DNA from: Camelus dromedarius
Taxonomy: Eukaryota
NCBI RefSeq assembly: GCF_036321535.1
Contig: NC_087442.1
Span: 71,920,001 to 71,984,000, forward strand
DNA: 64,000 nucleotides
Direction: 5' to 3'
Made by a program: the position numbers and the translations under genes
The notes under the pieces: model-generated
What the model was told of the DNA's origin: nothing
The model's database searches: none
What the model saw: only the letters and a program-made list of their open reading frames with translations
Shown here: in pieces, positions 38,180 through 52,929 of the stretch
Numbering within the stretch: the stretch's first letter is position 1
Layout of the letters: each line of letters starts with the position of its first letter

Positions 38180-39120
38180 TTCTGTCTACCACTGTTCTAG
38201 AAGTATTCTCAATACTTCACTTCTGACACCACATGTGAAGCTTTTTGCCACCCCAAGCAAGTCTCTGGTTCTCTGGATACCAGCTCAGTGTCCTATAACT
38301 TAATTCAATTCTGGCAATATTTTTCTGGAGATAGCATCAGATCCCATAGGTTAAGGGCTCAGTCCCACAAGACTTCCTCCACTTCAGATGCCAATCAAAA
38401 CTCCAGGTTGTTGCCTGTGCTTCTGACCATACCAGTGTAAATCAGAGTTTCCTGATCCCTTTTCTCCAGTTCCATCATTTACTAGAATAGCTTACATAGC
38501 TCAGGAAAACAGTTTACTTCTAAATTATCAGCTTACCATAAAAGGATACAACTCAGAAACAGCCAAAAGGAAGAGACGCCTAGGGCGAGGTAGGGGAGGA
38601 GGTGCAGAGCTTCCATGACCTCCCTAAGCACACCACTCTCCCCACACCTCCTCCTTACCCTGAAGGTAAGGACAGGGCTGAATGTTTCAACCCTCTAATT
38701 ACAGAACTGGTATCCTTGATAACCAGCCCCTACCCTGCCAGTACCTAGAGGCTTCTCAAAAAATCACTCACTGATAAACGCAGGTGATTGAAATGGCTTG
38801 GTATCAATAGCAAAAGACAACTTTATCACTCTTATCACTTAGTAAATAGAGGGGAAAGAAGGGGAAAGGAGGGGGAAGGGAGAGGGGAGGAGCATACAAA
38901 AGAGGGAGGGGGAGGAATGGGAAGGGGGAAGGGAAGAAGGACAGGAAGGGAGAAGGGGAAGGGAGGGGGAGTGCTCCAAGGAGAGATACAGAAATTAAAG
39001 AAGCAGCTCTTTCCTTTAGGACATGGTTCTTGACGTCATTTTTCTGAACAAAAGATACTGTCTGTTTCTAGACCTCCTCCTCACTTTCAGATTTGGGCAA
39101 TGTCTTCTTACATACACTGA
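38180..39120. mobile_element. MER21-like LTR, interrupted by a purine tract
   Basis: cacttctgacacca...ggagatagcatcagatcccataggttaagggctcagtcccacaagact...cacttcagatgccaatc...ggatacaactcagaaacagcc...ggtgcagagcttccatg. Confidence 0.7.
38848..38971. repeat. G/A-rich low-complexity tract
   Basis: agaggggaaagaaggggaaaggagggggaagggagagggg...gggagaaggggaagggagggggag, almost all purines. Confidence 0.9.
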
Positions 39121-40579
39121 TACAAAAGTAGAAAAGGAATCTTTGGAAGGCAGTCTGCTCTGTTATTGCTTCTTCTGAGCCATATTGGTCTCAATTCTTT
39201 ACAGGATTCTTAACTCGTGAGAAATCTTTCTATATGGTAGTGTCCAATACTTTTATTAGGATCCTGGGAATGAGGGGGTGTGGGTTTTGGAAAGATTATG
39301 AGATCTATAGTTAGGCATGTGTTCGAATCCCAGCTTCAGGAGGTATGCAACACCGTGTAAAGTTTGTGATCTCTTAAAACCTTTTTTTTTAAGCTGTAAA
39401 ATAATACCTATTAATTAAATGATAAACACACAAAGCTCCTGTTAAGTTGCTCAGAAAATTTTAGCTTATTTCCTATAGGTAGCTCTAAATACTCTAAAGT
39501 GAGAATTAGTGTATCTTAAAATTTTGTATTTATTAAGGTACATATTCAAGATTGTCTTGAGACAGTATCTTTAAGCAAAAAGCTTAGTCACTAGATGGTC
39601 TGAATTTCTCTTCCATTTCTAAAATTCCTAGTCTGTGTCCTCAGCAAACAATCATGATCTTACTTCTGTATATTTAATAATTATACCATCATACTCAAAC
39701 AATAATTTTTTAAAACAGAGTATCTGATGGCACAGCAGTGATCAGAAAGCAATTAATAAAATAGCCAATATAGGATGTGTCATATTTATAACAAAAACCT
39801 TAGTCAAGCGGCCTTCTAAATACAAAAATAAAGTCCATCTTATAGCATCATGTTCTTTCATATAGCCAATAACTCATATTACTTTCTTATTCATACTCCA
39901 AAATTTTAGGTTCTGGAAGATCTTAAATGCATTGATTTTGCAAAGTTCCTCTTACTTTTCTGAGTTTTAAGAATTATGTTTGTGTTTGAGATTAAATTGA
40001 AATTTGTTTGATCTTGAGATTTCTATTTCTAAGAAGCCTCCTTATGACTCAAACAGAATTGACTTCAACATAACTCTTTCAACTAGTGAACATATAAGAA
40101 GGGGCAAAGCTGTAATCTTTGCATTTCTCCAACTGCCCTCTGGAGGCAGGACCCTAATTGCTACAGGTTCAGTTTTTCACCAGCTTTAGACAGTGGATTC
40201 TTCAATGGTCTTTCTTTTTCTGCCCTGTATTGTTTGCAGGATAGTGAAGGCTGTGTGTGTTGGTGTGCGCTGCTCCCTACTGGACAAGGGCAAAGCTATG
40301 TCTTCAAGAGCGGGCACTGCCTCAAGATGCCGATATATCATAGTTCTCTCAGCTCTGTTAAAGACAGATATTTAGGAATCAGAAATACTTAGCTTAAACC
40401 GTCATGTTTCATGTCTGCTCTAGATTTATATTCCTGGTCATTAAAACAGGTCACAAATCTAGTCAAACATACATCACACTCCTCTTCCCTTTTTGCTCTG
40501 TAATGGTAATGATCTTATCTTCCTATCACCACTCATCATCCTTCTGTGAATGGGTCTCAAATCCACCATTCCCAGCGAT

Positions 40580-41140
40580 CATCACCGATACCATATAACC
40601 TAGCAATTCCATTCCTATTTGTATACTCAGGAGAAAACATGCATCCACACAAAAAGTGGAAAGTGAATGTTCACAGCAGCATTATTCATAATAGCCAAAA
40701 CATGGAAACAACCCAAATTACCTATCAACTGATGAATGGAGAAATAAAATATTGTATATCTGTTTAATGGAGTATTATTTCACAACAGAAAGAACTGAAG
40801 TATTGATACATGCAACAATACAGACAAACCTTGCAAACATGCTAAGTGAAAGAAGTCAGTCACTAAGGGCCGTATATTATTTGGTTCCTTATATATGACA
40901 TATTTAGGTTTGGCAAATTCATGGAGACAGACTGTAGATTAACAGCTGATCCGAGTTATAGAATAGGAGAGCTGATGGACTGCTAAGGAATTCAGTTTCT
41001 TTTAGGAAACAAGAAAATATGAGAAAATTACACTGTGGTACTATTGGGTGCACAAGTATGTGAAGATACTAAAAACACTGAAAGGTACACTTTACATGGG
41101 TGAATTGTATGGTATGTGAATTATGTCTCAATTAAGCTAC
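40580..41140 (+). mobile_element. L1 (L1MB/ME-like) 3' fragment
   Basis: agcaattccattccta...atgttcacagcagcattattcataatagccaaaacatggaaacaaccc...gtgaattgtatggtatgtgaattatgtctcaat. Confidence 0.8.
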
Positions 41141-42940
41141 TAAAGTTAAATTAAATATACACACAAATAAATCACTAATAAGCATCCAAGTAACCTTTTA
41201 TAAATTTATTTTTCCTTAAAATAACTTTCATTTTGAAAGTGTTTCTGAATTAATCCATTTCATTTCTAAAACTCAACTTTGTGCCTTTCACATCTTCCTC
41301 TGTTTTCTATGAATATGTATTTCCTATCTAGTTAATTAGGCAGTCTTTGAAACTAGAGAGAATTCTACGTTAATTTACTTTTTTCTTAAAAAAAAAAAAA
41401 AGCGCAGACTAAGGAAACAGAATTCTAGATTCATCTCTATTTAATGTGGAAACAATGCATACTTTTTTTTAAATCTTAAGTGACAACTGAAAGCATGTAA
41501 CCTTGAGTTTTCTTTGTTGCTAATTTTCTATCCTTCTAATTTGCAAATGGAAAATATGAAGTTTTGGATGTCTGTGACTATATACGTATGACAGAGTGTC
41601 CACATGTCTTCCAACAAGGTGATGTATCTATTTGCTGAGGAAAAGATGATACCAAGGACAGGTTTATTTTTAGCTGTAGGTGTCAATTATTCCACAGAAA
41701 CTTATCCTCAAAGGAAGCAATGGCAGGGATTTTTTAATTAATTTAATGCCATATATGACCTTTGTTTCACCAAGCTTTTTATTTTTACAATAAAATAAAG
41801 GTAAGTGACAGGAAAATGGGACTACTTTTTTCAGAGTGAATGATCTGTCAAATACACAGTGAAACTGCTCAAATCAAGCTGTTTTTAATATCTTACTACA
41901 CACATTGCTAAATTCAGCATCATTCAAGAGGACAGGTTTGGGGTGTTTTGGCTGTTTTTAATGGCACATATTATTTTTCATAGGAAAATCCAGAGTATTG
42001 TTTTCTGTAACTAGGTCCTGTTGAACTACTGAACATGGTGAGGAGCCACAGATCTTCATTAATCTCATCTGATCAAAACTAAGAGTGTTAACTCTATTTT
42101 CTGAATTACACCCTGAAAGACTGAAATGCAGAGAAATTCAAAAGGAGAAAGTAAAATAAGCTTAGCAGACAGAGAATGACTGAATAAAAAAAGATGGTAA
42201 GAACATTACCACTGGAAATATGTGACGTCTCAGAGTAATAGGAAAGTGCTCCTTATTCCCAAATATGGCTGGTGATGTTAACAGTTTCTATTTTCACTCC
42301 CTTTCATATGATTGAATCACTTTTTTAAAAAGCATCTTTGTATATACTGCTAATTCTTAAAGTTTTCACATCTGAATAGTTTTGTCTTTCCTTCTTAATC
42401 AGAAATGTTTTCCTACCATATTTAATGACAAAGTTACTTACGATATACTATACATATGAAAAGTACTTTAACAGTTTCTCAAAGTTTTCTCATGCTTTAT
42501 CTTAGTTTTTCCCCTACAAAATTTCTAGATCTTGTGTAGGGCAATTATTGCTATATGTAATTTAAAAATGAAGCGACTGGGGATTTAGAAAGCTTGAGTA
42601 TTAAGCAGAAAGCTTGCCTAAGGTATGTGGTTAATAAAGAACATGATCGGGAATAATATCTGTCCTTTTGAGCCGAAACTCAAATGTTCTTCCTAAAATT
42701 TTAATTCTGATTTACTTTTTAAATGAAAGTGTCTTTTTTCCCCTTTTTTTCACATCAAAAGGATAGCACATGCATGTTAGATAATAGTCTTATAATGTAC
42801 AAATTTATGTAGTAAACAATGAGAAGCCCTGAATTTTAAATTCTAGTACTATATACTGTTAAGTGTTTGGTGCCTGTTCTTTCATTTTCATCCCTTAATG
42901 CACACATATTAAAATTTTTAACAGAACAGATTTATATCAC

Positions 42941-43337
42941 TATCTTAGTTAGCTTGGCTGCCTTAAGAAAATACCATGGGCTAGGTGGCTTAAGCAATAG
43001 AAATTTATCTTACATGTCTGAAGGATGCGAAGTCTAAGATCAAAACATCTGCAAGTTAGGTTTTATTCTGAGGTCTCTTCTCTTGGCTTTTAGGAAGCCC
43101 CATCTCCCTATGGGCTCCCCATGATCTCTTCTTCAGGTGCCCATGGGGAGAGAGACAGCAAACTCTGATGTCTTTTCTTATAAGGGCATTAATCCTATCA
43201 TGAAGACCCCACCCTCAAGACCTCATCATCTAACCCTGATCACCTCCCAAAGGCCTCATCTCCAAATACCACATTGGGGGTTAGGGCTTCAATATACGAA
43301 TTTTGGAAGGGGGCACATAAACATTCAGTCCATTACA
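42941..43337 (-). mobile_element. MLT1A-like MaLR solo LTR
   Basis: The minus strand begins tgtaatggactgaatgtttatgtg, with internal gaagccctaacccccaatgtg. Confidence 0.8.
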
Positions 43338-44667
43338 ATAATATACAGTTTTCTGCAAACTATTTTTATAAACTATATTTTTAAAATCCTCGTTGTTAGC
43401 ACAAACATGCTATTTCATTAATTAAATGGCCATATATTAATCTACCAGATGGATTCCGTAAATCATTTGTTGAGTTATTGCTAAAATAAATGTTCTCCTA
43501 CATATCATTTGTGCTTGAGTTGGCAGTTTCTGTTGATGTAGATAACTATTGTCCAGTATGAACATTTATCAATTTAAATGTAATTGCCATTACTATTTGT
43601 TTCTTGAGAGAAATTCTATGAAGCAATGACAACCTCGGGCTTAAATAAATTAATAGTATAAAGAAGTTTCACATCTATAATCCTACTTGATTCTTCCGAG
43701 GACAATGTAAACTAAACAGAGTTAACATACTTTAACCCTATTTTTACACATTCAGAAATCAAGGCATAGAGTGAAAAATTATTTATCCAAATTCACATTT
43801 GAATAAGGACTAGAATTAAAATTCAGGCCTAGGCCTGTAGGAGTCGGCGGTTATCTCTTATGTTCTCTGATGCACTCACAGAAACAAAGAGGGACTACGT
43901 GGAAAATGTGTACTATTCACCTTGAACCTAGAGCCCTCTGCTGCTGAAATTCTTTTCAGACTACTTCCATATGTACTTACCCAGTCTCACTTTTTCTCTA
44001 CAAGGTATTTTTCCCCAGGTGTTCTTCAAACTCAGATAACAGCAACTTCCCAGTTTTGTGTCCCTTTCCTTGGACTTGACACTCTAGACTGTGCCCTTAC
44101 ATACAATGAAGGAAGAGAAACTTGGAGAATAAGAAATACCAGCAAAAAAGATACAAGGCTCATATCACAGTTCTCCTACATTCATATAATTTCTTCATAA
44201 TCTAATGGGGAATGTTCAAGGTTACAGAAAAGACTAGGAATAAATATGTATATTAAATACCTGTACATCATAACCTCCAGTCAATGGAAGACATATAAGT
44301 ACATCTCTTTGTGACAACACCGATAGTTCTGCTGTTTTATTTTGATGTTGTTTTATCTACAGAGGTCATTTCACCTATATTTATAGCTGTCCTTTCAACA
44401 AAGTAGAACCTGTTCTACCCAAAACAAAAACTCACTACTCTAATAAGCAGAAATTCAATTACCATGGCCTGGAAAGAAACTGGAGCATGACAAGAATTAT
44501 GCTTATAATTCATGTTGCCAATAAACACCAGAAGTTTCATTAAGGAAATAATTAAGACGAATCTTGTTCCTAAAACATTAATTAATATATGCAAAAGTGG
44601 GCACAATCACAGGAAACGTGATCAGGCACTCATCAGCAAAGACCAGAGTTTCAAGAGTTGGATTGCA

Positions 44668-44753
44668 GGGGGTGGGTTATCGCTTAGTGGTCTAGCCCAT
44701 AGGATGCATGAGGCCCTGGTTCAATCCCCAGTACCTCTATTAACAACAACAAC
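44668..44753 (+). mobile_element. tRNA-derived SINE (diverged Vic-1-like), inserted into a MIR
   Basis: gggggtgggttatcgcttagtggtctagcccataggatgcatgaggccctggttcaatccccagtacctcta followed by an (AAC)n tail. Confidence 0.7.
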
Positions 44754-47724
44754 TACGACAGGATTTGGACATAGAGTATATAATCACTTACACTGTGTGC
44801 CTTATACAAGTCACTAAATATGCCTCTCCTCCCACCAAAGTTTCTCACAATCCCCGATATTTTCTTCCCTTTTTTCACTTTCTCATAGCAACTGAATTAT
44901 CATCAATTGAATATTTATTAAGGTTAAAATGTCTTATTTTAAAATGCAAATTTTTCTCAAAGAATTTGCAAGTGGGTGAGGGTTATCAGCTATTCAAACT
45001 TCCGGTATCATTTAGTGTAATCTAAATGTATTTCTTTTATATCCAGTTGACATCAGATTCAATATAGGATTGCCAGTCTGAACGGAGACAAAAGGTTTTT
45101 AGCACAGAACGCTTTAAAGGAAGCAGAGCATGTGGTCTTGTGTATATTTCTGGTTCAGCAGGAGGTGCTGGATATTAAGCAGACACTGAGTCCAAGATCA
45201 GGGGGGAGAGAGAGCTCTCAGCAGGCCTGTTCTGATGTCTCTTTGGTGGACTGCTCCTTGAGAGGACAAGTAAGGTGTAAAATAAGCATCTTAGTTTGCA
45301 ACCTTTCTCTTTCTATAGCACAGTATTAACATTTCCCAATTTCCAGTTTATAGATGCACATATCTCCTCTTTCAGATATCTTCTCGTTCTGTGCCCTTCA
45401 CGACTGCCTACAGCTGCCTCCCCTGTGGCTCAGCCTTCTGTCCCACTCAACCGGTCCCCCTTGCTGTCTCTCGGGTTTCAACTGTCTTTTGTGTGGACAC
45501 ACTGTAGGCATTCCCAACTCACACAGCCTCATTATCCCACGTCTCCAAGGCTATTTGCCCATCATTCTCCACTACTGAACTCCAAACAAAAGGCTAACTA
45601 TGGAGTTCAAAAGTGACTGAGCACCGCAATTTATCCTTTATCCAGAAAAGGGCATCATCACACCAGTCTCAAAACCAAACAGACTTTACAAGACCAAATC
45701 TTAATAAAAATTGCTCACCTGTCTGATTCATAGAGTTCATTTTTCTGGTCCTTGAAGATTATTCTTAGGTTCCAAAACAGAACCACAAAAAAGTATGCCC
45801 AATCTGAGAGCTTATCTTGACATGGATAATTATGTACTTCAGCTACACTTAAGTGGAACTTTTTACTTCTACTTAGCAGAAACACTTTATAAAGTTTTTT
45901 CCATGTAGTCCAAAATGCTAACCTCTCAAACATAGATTGATAAATGTATTGAGATAAGTGTACATTAGTTTCTTCTTTCATGAGATTGTTAATTTCTGCT
46001 ATGAATAATTTTTTGGCTATCCTAAGCTCACGTCATTGTCTTTGTTGATTCACATCAGAACATTGGCAAGGCTTCACACGTTGCTAGAATTTAGATTACT
46101 ATCTTATTATGTTTTCAGTAATTCTATTGTCTTAATTTATGACATGACATTTCTTTTTGTACAACTTTTAAATTTTACTATCTAGTCATCTAATCATTAA
46201 CTTTTTTCTTTCAGTTGTTCTTGGCCATGCTTATTGTCATAATTTTTGTATTGCAATCTATACTCTCTATTGTTAGTTCTTAATTTTTACTCTCATTCTA
46301 CAGTTCTATTTGTTTGTTTTTCACATTTTATGAGATATTTTCTGTATCTTTTATGTTATAAACTTTTTATCTTTCAACCTTGTTTATATTGTATTTATTT
46401 TTTACAAATACATTTTTATAGTTCTGATTTTCAATTCTTCCATTTTTGAACCACTTACTTCTTTAATACTGTTTTTATTTGTACCTAGTTCTCAACTTTA
46501 ATCATTTAACTCTCTGCTCTCCATTTATTAAGCTCAATTTTCCATATTTATTTTTTCTTCTAGTTTTTGAAATTGTGTTATGATAGTCACAATAATCATG
46601 GCCACTTGGTACGTATATGGATAAAGTCCACACAAGTCAGGGACTGGGAAGCTGTTTCTGACTCAGCTGTCCATGCAGCTATTCCTCTAAATCTCTAAAT
46701 GGATATCATATCCTTTCTAGGAATACTTTCCACGAGTCCGAATAATAACCAGTCCCTAACAATAACAGGTTATTTCTCACAGGGAAAATTATTCCTTTGA
46801 TATAGATGTTTTATTATTGGATGCCATACATCCAGTTCTTTATTTGATGAGTTTGTGTTTATATTTGTTTAATGCCTATTCTGTGACACACATAAACATT
46901 AGACTTGGAGAAATGTGATAACGGCCTGTTTTGGCTAAAAAACTGATGTCTGGCTACAGAGGGGCCAGGTGGTACTGATCCTCCCAGCAGACATTCACGG
47001 CAGGAAGCACAGCAAGGTGCTACCATTTCAATCAACCTTTGCTTCCTGCTAACGTATTTACTAGCAGGTTGGCCTTCCTCCCCTTTCATTAGGTCCACGG
47101 GAGAAGTTGTTAGTGCATGACTTTCACCCAACCCATCCTTCTTTTTGATGGTCTAGGGAAGCTGAATACACAGGGAGGTAGCCTTCAAAGAGTTTCTGTG
47201 TGTCATTTGTACACCTATTCGGTGGCTTCCATAAATTTTCAACAACTTTCAGTGGGCCTGGACCAATGGAGAAAGAATCTAAGTAAAGGGGAAATGTTTG
47301 ATTCATTCTGTACATTTCCTGAAGTAGGGAGAGACAGATGGCTTTTTTTTTTTTCTAAAGCTTTTTCTCTATAGGTAGAGATAAGAATAAGCATTTTCAA
47401 AACTGAAATTATGGTTACTCTCAGAGAATAAGTCCGAAAAATTCCATATGTAAAAAGTAAGGTTAGCCTTTTCCAAGACATGATGTAAGAATTCAATCAA
47501 ACCAACCCTGAATATAAGCTCAAGGATGCAAAACTGAACAGTTATTGTAAAGAGGCTCTTATCTTCTCTGTCTGAAGTAAGAAATGTATTCACAAGAGGA
47601 AAATGTTCTAAAAAACCATCTACAAAAACAGAGAGAGAAAACTGGCATGATACCTCCAGCATTTTTCAGGGTTGCCTTGTCCCACAGACACAGGCTCTAT
47701 GTGGCAGGTATGTATATCTATGGT

Positions 47725-47915
47725 CAAAGTATAGCATGGGGTACCATGGTTTAATGAAGTATTAACACCATCCAGTGAAACCCCTGTGTTCTCATAATTT
47801 ACATACCTATGGTCGGTTTCATCATCTGTGAAATAGGAAAAATAGCAGTATCTACCTTATACTGTAAGGTTTAAATAACTATGCCTCCTACAATATACTA
47901 AGTGCTCAATAAATG
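47725..47915 (+). mobile_element. MIR fragment
   Basis: agtatagcatggg...gtttcatcatctgtgaaataggaaaaatagcagtatctacct...ctaagtgctcaataaatg. Confidence 0.6.
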
Positions 47916-48212
47916 AGGTATCTTCAGTATTATATATTATCAAACTTAAGGATTTGTAACTGCTGTTACAAGTATTAGAAGATTCTTGTAGACACACATA
48001 TAGCAAGTATTTTAACAACTTTGTTAAATACAGCAGTGACATTATCAAAAATTTTTTTGTCCTACAATTCCAAAAAAAAGTGTTGATTTTTGTCTGAGAC
48101 TATTGTCCAATTAAGTACCATTCGCAAGTAATCAGTTTGTTTTAAAATCTGTGGTGCAGCTTGTTCAATGTGCCAGGAGACCTTCTATCAAAACACACTA
48201 ATTATAAACTGC

Positions 48213-48601
48213 TGTATTAGTCAGCGTGGGCTACCTTCACAAAATACGGATTGAGTGGCTTAAAGAGGAGTTTGTTTTCTCACAATTATAGACTCGGAAG
48301 TCCAAGATCAAGGTCTACCAGCATTCAGTTTATAATNNNNNNNNNNNNNNNNNNNNNNNNNNNNNNNNNNNNNNNNNNNNNNNNNNNNNNNNNNNNNNNN
48401 NNNNNNNNNNNNNNNNNNNNNNNNNNNNNNNNNNNNNNNNNNNNNNNNNNNNNNNNNNNNNNNNNNNNNNNNNNNNNNNNNNNNNNNNNNNNNNNNNNNN
48501 NNNNNNNNNNNNNNNNNNNNNNNNNTCTCTTCAGTACAGCCACATTAAAGGTTAGGGCTTTAACATACGAATTTTGCAGGGACACAATTCATTTCATAGC
48601 A
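48213..48601 (-). mobile_element. MLT1A-like MaLR solo LTR (middle in N gap)
   Basis: tgtattagtcagcgtgggct...ggaagtccaagatcaaggt [gap] cacattaaaggttagggctttaacatacgaatttt...catagca. Confidence 0.75.
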
Positions 48602-50599
48602 ACTCTGTAGTCCAATTAAAAAAGAACTGACATCATATTTTTAAGAATATGCAGTATGTTTTCCAAGTACTCAAGTGAGCAGAAGTCTAGGAATAACACA
48701 TATGGCAAAATTTTTTAATGAGAAGAGTTAAATCCTTATATTAGCATGAGAAAACATTCAGTTACACAGACTAACTATGAAAGAAACAGATTAGAGGAGG
48801 AGGGCTAACTGCTATGTTAGGATGTTTATTATGAGGGATCTACTTTAAACATTTATAAGGAAAGTTTCTTCATTTTTTTAAAATAATAATCGCAATAAAC
48901 CCAATTTGTTCACAAAAACTATCCAAAGACAGGTAACCAGGAAGTTGAGTTAAATATATTTTATCATAGGAGAATGATGTTAACCCTTTCTAAAGTAATC
49001 TTATCTCCATTTTAGTTGGGATATTTATGCTTAAAATGAGAATGTGTTCATTGAAGTTAGGTTTTCATTTGGTCACTGAACATGTGAAAAAACACATGGT
49101 AAACTCCTTGCCCCTTAGCTGATCAATATTGGTCACCGCTTATGTGGTCATCCTCACCTATCAACACAGAAGCCAATATAATATAAATAGCTGACTCACC
49201 TATAACACAGTCATTTCACATGCATGGAGCACTCCATCAAGTCACAAAATCCGATACACAATCAATATTAGACACTATGTAAGAAAAAGTGCATGGCATG
49301 TAAAACTTGCATGAAATCTGTGGATAAAATGTAAGCAGAAATTTATAATAAATCTAGGTCTTTCTAGTATTATTGTCTATGCAAGAAATTGTGTATTACT
49401 ATACAATAGAAAGGATTTGATAATCATACAGAATTCAGACAGGACTATTATGTTCATGTTACTAGTAAATTCTGAGATTTCTAAGAAAGGTTCATGTTCC
49501 AAATAGATCAGCATTTCATAGGATGAGAGATGAGTTCTTACTACAAGTAAGAAATAATGCTCTGATCAGCTATATACATCATCAAAACGGGCACTAATCA
49601 CTCAGGACTAGGAACAGTGCTGGGATTTGACCTTTTATCCCACTGTCTCTAGGGTGTTAATAGAGATTAATTCAAAGGCTAATCAATTGTGTTTTTTTCC
49701 AGGACTACAGTTCATATTATAATCACATGGTTTATGTTTTTCCTTTTTATATTCTTATTTCAATCCTACTGTATTTATTGCACTTAGCCCTTATTTTGTC
49801 AAACATTTGGAAAACCATTTATAAAATAATGATTTCTCTTGAACAGCTTAAATTATGACCAAAATTCTAATCATCTGTGGAATTTTATTCCTCAAATTGG
49901 TCCTCATCTTACTTCACTCCATCACCAAAGGATAGCCAGCCACGAGGGTAACACAACAACCTAATTTTGCATTGGGTGTTATTTTTGGTTACATTGAGAC
50001 AGTCACTTCTTTAAAAATCTTAAAAATGCAACTTTTAGAATGCAATTCTTATTTTAACAAGTGGAAAATAAATAAAACCAGCATGCTACTAAGATCTCTT
50101 GATTTAGAAGCAGTTTTGTTAACTTAAAAAGTAATTTGCCAAGCTATAGATGTCTAGTACAATGGTATCTTTATATGTTAAAAGCATATAAAGCTTTATA
50201 CACCATAAACTTTTCTGGAAGTGAGTAGAACCTCCCAGAATCAGTCACATGGCACAGCTTGAACTAATAATGGACACTTAGGATTATCTGACTAAGAAGC
50301 TCATTTGGGACTGAGACAAGCAGTTCCTAATTCTAGTCTCCTGGGCCATCATTCAAATACATTATTATTCAAATAGCTAATGAGACAGGAAGAGCTTGAA
50401 CCATAATTGACTTGCATCCTCTTGGGAAGTCAGCTCTGAGAGTAGATCTAAATAAATTCCCCAAGCGTATTGTAGACTCAAAGTATTATAATTAATTTAC
50501 TAGTCAGGCCCAAAGCATTATGAGTGAAAGAATTGCCCACTTTCTCCTTTAACAATTCCAAGGTTCCACTGTCTCTAGGAAAAAATTATAATTTTTTTT

Positions 50600-51815
50600 T
50601 AACCAATGGTGTCAGGACAATGAAATAGTCACAACCAAAAGAATAAAGTAATATCTCTCCCTTGCATCATACATAAAAAATTAACTCAAAAGGGATCAAA
50701 TGTCCAAATATAAGAGCTCTTCTAACATCTTCTAAACTTATTAAATCTTTGTGAGATTGAATTAGGTAATGGTTTCTTAAAATGACACCTATAGCACAAG
50801 CAATCAATTAAAAAAATAAAATGTACTTCATCAAAATCGAACTTTTGTATGTCAAAAGAAATTAACAAGAATGTGAAAAGACAAACCATAAAATGAAAGA
50901 AAATATTTGTACATCATATATATGACACAGGTCTAGTATCCAGTATATATATACGTATATATATAAGTTCTTATAACACAATAACAAGAAATAATTTTTT
51001 AAATGAGCAAAGGAATTAAATAGCTATTTCTTCAAAGAAGATACACAAAGAGCCAATAAGCACTCGAAAAAGAGGCTAATCACTGTCATTATAGAAATAC
51101 AAATCAAAACCATGGTAAGATTCCACTTCACATCCATGAGTATGGCTAAAATCAAAACAACAGAAAATAACAAGCATTCGTGATGATGTAGAGAAATATG
51201 AACCTTATACTCAGCTGGTGGGAATGTAATACAGTACAGTCACTGTGAAAAAACAGTTTGGTAATTTCTGTATGACCCAGTAATTCCACTCCTAGATACA
51301 CACCCACGAGAACTAAAAATACATGCTCACACAGAAACTTGCACATGAATGTTCACAGCATTATTCATAGTAGCCAAAAAGTAGAAACCACCCAGACTTC
51401 ATCAACTGCTGAATAGGTAAACAAGGTGTGGTATATTCATACAATAGAATATTACATAGCTCTAAGGAAGATGAAGTACTGATTCATGCCACTGCACGGA
51501 TGAACCTGAAAAACATGCTAAGTGAAACAAGCACACTCAAAAGGTTACGTACTGCACAATTACATCTACATAAAATGTCTAGAATAGGTAAATCCAGAGA
51601 CAGAAAGCAAGTTAGTGGTTGCCAGGGGCTGGTAGGAGTGGGAGGTATCTGCTTAATGGGTATGCGATGTTTTTTGAGGGAGTGGTGATGAACATGTTCT
51701 GGAATTAGATAATGGCAATTGTTTCATCTTGTGACAGGCTTGTGAATAGACGAAAACCCCCGAACTGTACACTTTAAATTGGTGAATTTTGTGGTATATA
51801 AATTATACCTTAAGA
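50600..51815 (+). mobile_element. L1 (L1MB-like) ORF2 3' end plus 3' UTR, decayed
   Basis: catcatacataaaaaattaactcaaaa..., tatgacccagtaattccactcctag, ggtaaatccagagacagaaagcaagttagtggttgccagggg, gaactgtacactttaaattggtgaatttt. Confidence 0.85.
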
Positions 51816-52929
51816 CTATGTACATACATGTTTAAGATAAAATAAAGTTTAATGTACACCTGTATCCTCTCATTAATTTTGTCAGGAAAATGATACTGGA
51901 TGGTGGGAACCAAGGAAGGGATACTGTTCATTATAAACTTTTGAGTATTATGAATTTTAAAATTATAGGCATAATTATGTTAATGTTTACTAAACTATTT
52001 CATTATAATCATTTTAGTATTATGACTTTAAAACTGTATTTGTTTACATAAACATTTTATACATAGTCCAAAATATTACTCATTTTGCAAAGAACATTAT
52101 TTTACTTAATATGCAAAATTAGACAGGAATCTCAAGTCTGTGTTAATTACAGCATTTTGGTAAGTCTAAGATTTGATAAGAAAGTATCTTATAAACTGCG
52201 AGTTTTATTATTTTGCAGTTCTAATTATACATCCAAGTACAGATTGATTTAGCATGCAGAGGACCAAACCATCAGCTGTTTGCATTCAGAATGCCTGAAC
52301 GTACCATCTACTATCCATTTAAACCAGTAGCAATCAATTTTTTTTCTAAAGCCATACCTAATCCAAGACTATCTTATACACACCAAGAAGTAGAGTCTTT
52401 AAAATAGAGAACAACCTTAGTTCTCATTACTGTGCTTTGTTCCATCTGATATGATAGAATTACCAAGGAAAACATCTGTAGCTTATAACTGTATCCGAAG
52501 AATTGTTCATGCAGCAAGAAAGCAAGCAAATTGGATAATCACAGAAACCCAACTGTGAAACCCAAAGTAACTGCTTTGCAGGGAACAGAGATGATCTATA
52601 AGATTGCATAGTCAAGATTATTTGTTGGCTCGACTCACTTCTATTTAGGTTTTTGAATAGTCATATTACATTGTTAATAATTTTATATTTAGTTTCATCC
52701 CATTTACTATCTGTTTGGTTTTGTCATTGTGTTTGTTGTTTGTTTTTTCAGGACCAATAAAATTTGATTTAAGGCTAAGATAACATGGATCTGCCTTTCC
52801 TCTTATTTTAGCTCCCTCCTTACCAAACTTTCTCACAAAAAAACACCTCACAGAATAGCCCTGTTTAGCTGTAGAGGCGAGACTTGAGACTGAGTGCATG
52901 TGTTTACATCCAGAAATTCCAGATAACAC

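Noticed and set aside
46590-47130. Possible enhancer (TGACTCAGC and several ETS-like GGAA cores)
   Set aside because: Short motifs at about chance density, with no independent support from sequence alone.
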